A stretch of 64,000 bases of DNA, from the NCBI GenBank assembly GCA_039096225.1, contig JBBPEB010000025.1, positions 248,001 to 312,000 on the forward strand. Direction: 5' to 3'. How positions within the stretch are numbered: position 1 is the stretch's first letter; every line of letters begins with the position of its first letter. The position numbers and the translations under genes were made by a program. The notes beneath the pieces are model-generated. The model was given only the letters and a program-made list of their open reading frames with translations, was not told the DNA's origin and made no database searches. This document shows positions 55,889 to 64,000 of the stretch, in pieces. The DNA is from Blastocystis sp. Blastoise. Taxonomy: Eukaryota; Protista; Bigyra: Opalinata.

Positions 55889-57288
55889 TTAATAGCCTTG
55901 TTTAAAATATAACGATGTTATATATAATAGAAGATTGATGTGAGGAAGTGTCGGAGAGTTTTCTATCTATATATATGTTTATGATAAATATTTTCTTTTT
56001 GTTTATAAGTTATACATAATCCACATACCATTTCATTTCTTTTTTGTACACAGTATTTATATAAAGATCTAATATTACCATAAATATCTATATATATAAA
56101 TATTTAAGTTATAATATATATATATAATATATAATTATTTAAGTTATAAGATATAAATATATAATATTATAAGATATAAATATATAATATTATAATATGT
56201 AAATATATAATAATATATAATAAATATATATATATATATACCTGAGCTAAAAGGTTCTTCAATTCTCGCTAATATAGCATATAACCATATACATCTATCC
56301 ATTCTAAATAAATAGTCAATATATATATACATATAATTATTAATAATATCAATAAAAATAAAAATGACAAAATATACGTGAATTCTTCGTTGCCAATTGT
56401 TAGCCATTCTATTTGAAATGTTAGTAGTTTTTCTAATCGTATCTATATATATATATATAAGTAAAGAATAATAATAACAATAACAAGTAAATTTATTGAT
56501 TTTAAGACATTAAAAACAAAATAATCCATAATGACAAAACTACATAAACATATATACCTGATCAATATTATACATCATTGTTAATGTCGGTACACGAACA
56601 TTTACTTGACTATTGTCATCATTTGTCAATTCTTTCTTTACAATACTCTTTATACATGTATTTTGGTTATCATTATCTGGTGTAGAGGATGATTCAGACT
56701 TCAAATCAATATTTATTTCTTCCAAAGAGAGTTCTTCTTCTATATTCTCATCATCATCATTGGCTTCTTGTTTTAATGATGAGGAGTTTGAACTTAATAA
56801 ATCATCTATATCTGAATCAATTGTAGGAATAGATGGAAAACAAAAGTGATGCCATGATTTCTCATCATTTTTATGTGGATAAATTTTATTATTCTTTGGT
56901 ATTTTTTGTGATTCTCTCACTTTAAACATCTACAATCAATAATAATATAGTAAATTAATTTGGAGATTGTATGGTATATATATAAAAATTTAATTTAATA
57001 TACTGTTCTTAATGAATCAAAAAGTTCGAGAGATTCTTCAATCCAGTCATCTGTTGGCGTTAATTCTTCATTTAAATGAATATCATCTTTTGGTATGAGA
57101 TTTGAAAGATTTGTATGCTTTTTGATCTTCTTATTTGAAACTAGAACATCTGCATAATTTTTAGCTTCTTGAGATACCATGTACATGTATTCTAAAGCTG
57201 ATTGTGGCGCACCACCATCTTTAAGTCGTTCAGAATCTTCTTTAGATAATGATTTAGGTACTGGTAATGCTACTTTGTAATCATCCAT
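55889..57288 (-). CDS. GEMIN2: Gemin2/SIP1 (SMN complex, snRNP assembly)
   Basis: APQSALEYMYMVSQEAKNYADVLV, PTDDW..F..LR, WHHFCF, PTL, WLYAILARIEEP, IRSLYKYC, NLLLYITSLYFKQGY*. Confidence 0.85.
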
Positions 57289-58282
57289 GGTTCAGTAATT
57301 GAAAAAAAATAATAAATTGTTTTTCAAGTCATTCCTACTAATTGCTATTTTTATAATAGACAATTTATATCTACTCTTTGCTTTCAAATGTTTAATGAAA
57401 AAGAAATATCATCAATTAATGTATGTAAAAATATGATTCAAGCGGTTGGTAAAGGTTTGTAGCTTTGAGTTTATAATTATTATAAAAAATACAATCTTAT
57501 AATCAGAAAATAGAAGGAAAATCATAAAATCATAAAATCATAAAAAAAAAATAAATTAAAAAAAAAACAAAACAAAACTACACTAAAACAAGAATTGGCA
57601 TATGTTAAATATGAAAACAAGTATAAAATTTAAATTAAAATATGTATATAAAAAGTATATATGAACACGAAAGAAGAAATTTATCTATAATTATCTGCAA
57701 CTGAATGGACAACAAAAATAAATGAGATGAAAGAATAATTAAAAATAAAAGAATCAATATAAGGTACAAAAAAAAAATGTCTGTAACAATATAAAGAAGA
57801 GTATAAAATACTATTAAAAAGTTGTTAAATAAAACTAAGAAAGAAATATATATATAGAGAGAAACAAAATACACATAGAAGAACAAAAACAAATTAAAAA
57901 AGACAGAATTGTATATACATAAAAGAACCAAGAAGAGAGTGAAGAGAAAAAAAGGGGATTATGAAGAAGTCATTATATATATTATAAAGAAATCATTATA
58001 TATATTATAAAAATAATATATATATATAATATAAATCAAACAAAAGAAATACTTATTATACTTAGGAATTAAAAACAATATATATAGGTATATAAACACA
58101 ATCAAGGAATAAGATTATAAACTAATATAGAATGAGTGACATAAATACAATTAAAATAGAAATATTATAAAATCATATAGTCTTAGAATGAAATACATTT
58201 ATAAATATATATATTCTATTTTATAAATAATGTAGATATAAAATCGATATAAATTCTATATATATATATATAAAACTAATGT

Positions 58283-59365
58283 TTATTCATGTTGTTGTAA
58301 CTTTCGTTTCTTTGGCAGACAACAGGTAAATAAACAACAAATATTGGATTCTATTTCATTATTATCATCACTATCATTATCATCATCATCATTATCATCA
58401 TCTATTTTAGAAGCAGTTGATGATTGTTGAGTTGGAATAATAGAATTATTCTCTACATTATCAACAATTCCTGTTTCCGAATTTACAGTAGGTACATTAG
58501 GTACATTAGGTACAGTAGGTACATTAGGTACATTAGATACATTATCATGAATAGGTACAACATGTTCTGAGGGAGATGTATTGGAAGCCATAAAAGGAGA
58601 CCCAATTTGTTTTTCTTTTAATTCACTTTCTATCTGTTGCATTTGTGCCAAATGTCTTACAAGTGCAGCTTCTTCTTCTCTTTCTCTTTTACGTTCTCTT
58701 TCTCTCTCTAATACTAATTGTAATCGTTTCTTTCGTTCTTCTTCACTATCTAAATCAGCATCACCTACATCTAAAGGATAAACTTCATTAACAGTATCAT
58801 TAGGTACACTACTTACACTACTTACAGTATTTTCAATAGTTGGTTCTTTCTCCATAATACTAAATTCATTTACATTTGCTAATATTTCTTGATTTATATT
58901 TTCATTAGGTTTCTCATTTAAATAAAAAGCCGCGCTATCTCCCGGGCGATTCTTTAAGTTGGTAATAAATGATGCTTCAGGACGAGGAGGAGGAAGAGAA
59001 TTAGGCATAGGAGGAATATCTTTTACTTGGGGCATAGGAGGTTGAGTTAAAATAGGAGATAATTTATGAGTTGATATATCTATATCTTGTGAACTAGAAT
59101 CCATAGATAATGAATCTTGAGGACCAACAATAGATGTATTATTGTCTATTATAGGAATTTGACCTTGTGACATATACAGTTGTTCACCTTCATTAACAGT
59201 GAAATCCTCATCCGTTAGAGGGATTTCATTATCATCCAATGAGGTGGGTGTATTCTCATTTGTGTTACTCGTATTTATAATATTATTATTAGAAGTACTC
59301 TTCACGGATATATCCTTTGTCTCTACTTGCTCAGTAACATCTATATTATTATTATTATTAACCAA

Positions 59366-59399
<34 letters not shown>

Positions 59400-59687
59400 T
59401 TATTATTATTATTATTATTAATAGGAACAGGTGTAACTTCATCTTCTGAATCGGGTGCTGGTGGATATACTAACGAACTAATATTTAAATCTATATCTAA
59501 ATCACTTAAATCACTTAATATAGAATCATCTAAAGACTGTTCCGTGGTTTTTAAGAAAATATCAGATACTCGAGACACTATAAACATATTATAAATAATA
59601 TATATATATATATAAATATAATAAACAAATAAAATATATAAATGAAATAAAAATAAATAAATAAATAAAATAAATTAAAAAAAAAAA

Positions 59688-59750
<63 letters not shown>

Positions 59751-60629
59751 ATTAAAAAAATAAATAAATAAATAAATTAAAAAAATAAATAAATAAATAA
59801 ATTAAAAAAATAAATAAATAAATAAATAAAACAAATATATATACTCTTGGTAGAGAAATTTTGATTTCCTTGTCCCTTTCGTTCATATACAGTTTTTATA
59901 AATAATAATAAACTTCCAACGAGACGATAAGACTAGAGAAACATATAAATATATAATATAATATATATATAAATATATATATACGTAAATAAATAAAATA
60001 ATAAATATATAAATATAATTACCCATAAAACATATATAAAAATATATATCTATATACATTTTTAGATTCGAAATAAACATAATCTAATATAGAATTTGAA
60101 GGAATACCTATGTCTTTACATCCTTGTATAAAAACAGAAATATTATCTCGTTTAAATAAAGGAAATCTAGATATATAAAAATAAAAAGAACCATTTCATT
60201 TAGTATATATGATATCATACATATATCTCTATGCCAAGACTTTAGTGGAACATCAGGAATAACAGTTTCAAATAACTCACACAAATCCTATAAGTAAAAC
60301 AGAATTAAAATATACATAACCAAAAACAAATGACTATAAGAAAAAACAAAACATATATATATACTCGTCCATCTTCTAATGATTCTACAAGATTGTTTCC
60401 AATTGGTCTTCCTAATATTGAAGACATCCAGTCAGAAATAGACGTTTGAAGATTCTAAATGTTAAAGATAAACGAAATATTAATTATGTACTTTTGTTTC
60501 TATTTCTAAAATATCGTTTCTTTGATTAACCATATCATCACAATCAACACTCTTTCGCTTAAATTTCATAGATGTAAGCTTTGCGGTGAAGGGAGGTATC
60601 TCGAAATCTGAATCAATTATATTAGACAT
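58283..60629 (-). CDS. Calponin-homology (CH) domain protein with acidic/Pro-rich disordered tail and C-terminal Cys cluster
   Basis: DWMSSILG...LEDGRDLCELFETV...DNISVFIQGCKDIGIP (CH domain); tail ICCLFTCCLPKKRK. One junction (60167-60222) needs a non-standard boundary. Confidence 0.72.
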
Positions 60630-61636
60630 TCTTTATTATATATATAAGTATATTAATAAATGAATCAAAGAGAATTATTCATTTAAATACTAAAATATGA
60701 TTTTTTTTAAACTCATTTTCTTTTTTTATAAATATCCGCGATTATAGTCACTTTTTATTTGAATTTTCTATTCATTACATATAACTGAATAATTGGGTCA
60801 TTTTTGTGTGTCATAAAATGTTTGACCACTTATTTGTGAAAAATAAAAACATCAAAACAGTTTTCATGCTCTTACTTGTGCTTGTATTGTTTCAGAATTC
60901 TTTGATATATTCATGGGTTTCTTAACAAATAAAGTAAAAATTTAAGAATTTCATTACAGTCCTATTATAAAGGTTGTATTCTGTTTTTTTACGTAATTCT
61001 CTTAGTATATGTTTCATTTGAAAGTTACAAAGTTTCCCTCACTTGTTATATAATTTTTCAAATGTATGAAAAGCAACGAATTCACTATTTCATGAAGATA
61101 TGGGTATTTTTATGAGCTATATTCATTGAAAATAATTCAATAAATAGATGTAATATACCTACAAAAAAATAAAATGGAACTATACAATAATTAAATTGAG
61201 AATTATGAAAAAGCCATAATAATCATATTATAGACATATATAAGTGTGAAAAAAAGATTGGGATATATAATAAAATAAAAATTTATATATATTTTAGAAT
61301 ATGAGAGCAACAAAATTAAAAACGAAATAATAATAAAAAAAAGTAGAAAAAAGTGAAAAATGAGTGTCCAATGAAATTATATATCAATAATAATAGATAT
61401 GAAAACAATTATAGAATTTATTTATTAAATGCCAATAACAACAATAATGATAATGAAAGAAAATGAATAGTATATACAAAAAAAAATATGATTTTCACTA
61501 ATAAAACAGTTAATAATACTAATAACAAATAATATATATATTTATATATATTTATATATTGTTTGAACGAAAAGTGAAATAAAAAAGCAAATAATACATG
61601 TGAATGAATTATTTACTCTATATTTCTATTGATTCT

Positions 61637-61898
61637 TTAGTTCGATTCAGTTATATTTCGATCATCATTCTTTTGAGTAGTCTTACTTTCAGGATTTTCA
61701 TTATTATTATTAGTATTCGAGGCTTCATCTGATTCTGTATTATTATGATTGTCATTAGTATTGTTATTCTCATTATTATCATTAGGAACAGTCTCTATAT
61801 TTCCTTCTTTACTTTCAATTCCCGTGGGAGAAACTATATTGATATCTATAGGTGTTTGTGGAGAAACAGAGGCGGTCTCTTCAATTGTAGATATATCT

Positions 61899-61953
<55 letters not shown>

Positions 61954-62617
61954 CTGAGATATTATTATTATCTGAGATATTATTATTATCTGAGATATTA
62001 TTATTATTATCAATTGTGTTGAGAATATCCTCAGTATTATTTGAGATATTCTTTGATGTTTCTTCATTTTGATTGGAGGATTCTTCAATGGGGGTTTCTG
62101 TTATGGGGGTTTCGGAAACACTAATACTCATAGGTGTAGACAAGATACTTTGAGCAGAAGGAGTACTAGAAGCAGAAGTCGATATACTATTGGTAGGAAT
62201 TTGTACGGATAACGATGAGGGAATATTGATTTGTTTAGTAGATTCTATTTCTGCTTTAGTATAAAGTAGTGTTTTCATAGATGTTTCTAATGCTATTCCT
62301 CTATCTGGAAGAGAAGGAATCGTTCGAATGGCCGAGAGGAAACTACTGATATCACCCATTATACTATAGAATACGAGAGATTAAGGAGTTGTATATAGAC
62401 ATACAGTATAGATAATATATATAGTATATATAACATAAGAATATATTATATATATGTCTTAGTATCTTTACTATAAGATGACTATATATATATAAATACC
62501 GGTCTTTAGCAGCAGTATTGAGGTCTCTTAAAGGAACTGTGGCGAATGAATCGAGGAATAGTGTAGTACAAGATGACACTATACGACCAAATATTAACTA
62601 TATAATAATATAATTTG

Positions 62618-62699
<82 letters not shown>

Positions 62700-62998
62700 T
62701 ATATATATATATATATATATAGTACCTGGATATGTTCTTCAGTAAGAATAGGAGAAAGTTGTCCATATAGCATATTAATCTTCTTTATAATAGTATCCAT
62801 GTACGGAGAAGGAGGAGTTTCAGGAGTGAACCAATCAATTCTCTAGAAAAGAAATATAAAATAAAATAAATAAAAATAGAATATATATATATATATATAT
62901 ATGTATATACAGGTATTTCTAAACATGATTTTTGAGCAATTCCATAGATCATTTCTGGTAATTTATATAGTAACTGTTGTCTATGATCCATATAGATC

Positions 62999-63040
<42 letters not shown>

Positions 63041-63533
63041 GAAGAAGAAGAAGAAATATATATATATATATACATTAGATATTCCACTAATAAGTTCTTT
63101 GAGTATTTTGTGTTGCAGAGGAGGAAGATAAAGAGATATATTGGATTGAATACAAGGTAATAAGGAATATAAGCAGCCGATACATTGAGATACAATAGCT
63201 AGAAGGAAATATAGAATAAGATAGTATTCAGTTAGCATTTATTTGGTATATATATAATAGTATTTATATATAATATATATATATTCATATAATAAATGTA
63301 ATAAAATAGTATATAATATATACCTATATGCTTAGCATTAATTCTTTTTAAATATCCCTTCACAACTGCCTGAGCATTTAAAATTAAATTATTTGTCATA
63401 TTATCATATAACTATATACATATATATATAATTATAATTATTAATTAATAATAATCAACATAATGTAATATAATATATATATATATATATATAAGTTATA
63501 ATAAAAGATTTATGAATATGGTCTATTCTTGAA

Positions 63534-63584
<51 letters not shown>

Positions 63585-64000
63585 CTTCAGTATATCGAAT
63601 ACTCTATACATGACATCTGTTCCTAGTCCCTGAAAAGACTTGGCATATAATATATATACAAACATCATCTTTATACACTCTAACACACTACTACTAACAC
63701 AGAAATACTGATTACTGATGAATAACCGCGGGGATGCAGCAGACACATCATTATTTGAATTACCTAATGTATATGTAGCCTCTTCAGGATGGTCTATCAT
63801 TAATTGAATTTGTTTTTGTATATCACTTGGTACCAGGGTGGGCTTCCAGTTCTCTTCCGTTAATAGCCGTTTCATTGTGTCTAACTGAATACTATGAACA
63901 TATTCCAACGAGCTTCGCACTTGTTTCATTAGGGATGCTAAAAGGAGTTTCCCGCGTGTTCCAAACATTCTTCCCGCCACAGTAACAAAATCTAATGTAT
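61637..64000 (-). CDS. VPS54: GARP complex subunit Vps54, 3' part; gene begins beyond window end
   Basis: LLTEENWKPTLVPSDIQ, LFISNQYFCVSS, ILKLYDNMTNNLILNAQAV..LKRINAKHIAIVSQC match the Vps54 C-terminal domain; low-complexity tail. Confidence 0.85.

Overview
Very AT-rich, intron-dense eukaryotic DNA. Gene content and style (Ig/discoidin surface protein, minor introns, TGTTTGTT 3' motifs) suggest a Blastocystis-lineage stramenopile; this is inference only. Most short ORFs in the supplied track are microsatellite or antisense noise. Manual splicing gives 17 protein-coding genes: HPRT (partial), a secreted arylsulfatase, a ~2,250-aa surface protein, an SLC13/DASS transporter, an FHA-AAA ATPase, a response-regulator/PP2A B'' fusion, a GT31 glycosyltransferase, a signal-peptide tandem SET protein, RPL35A, DDX54/DBP10, RPL38, an RBM34/NOP12-like protein, YbeY, a hypothetical protein, Gemin2, a CH-domain protein and VPS54 (partial). 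Best candidate for a new system: an 18-exon gene fusing two two-component receiver domains (one with an intact phosphoacceptor site) to a PP2A B''-type EF-hand regulatory subunit. Other highlights: (1) three AT-AC minor introns in DDX54; (2) five introns whose GT or AG is replaced by sequence from the exon across the junction, either mRNA-templated conversion or an RNA-polishing artefact; (3) a recurrent E2F-like TTCCCGC/TTCCCGTG motif in gene bodies; (4) (AT)n-bracketed introns without pyrimidine tracts; (5) five consecutive ribosome-related genes. No tRNA, rRNA, CRISPR or transposase was recognised.
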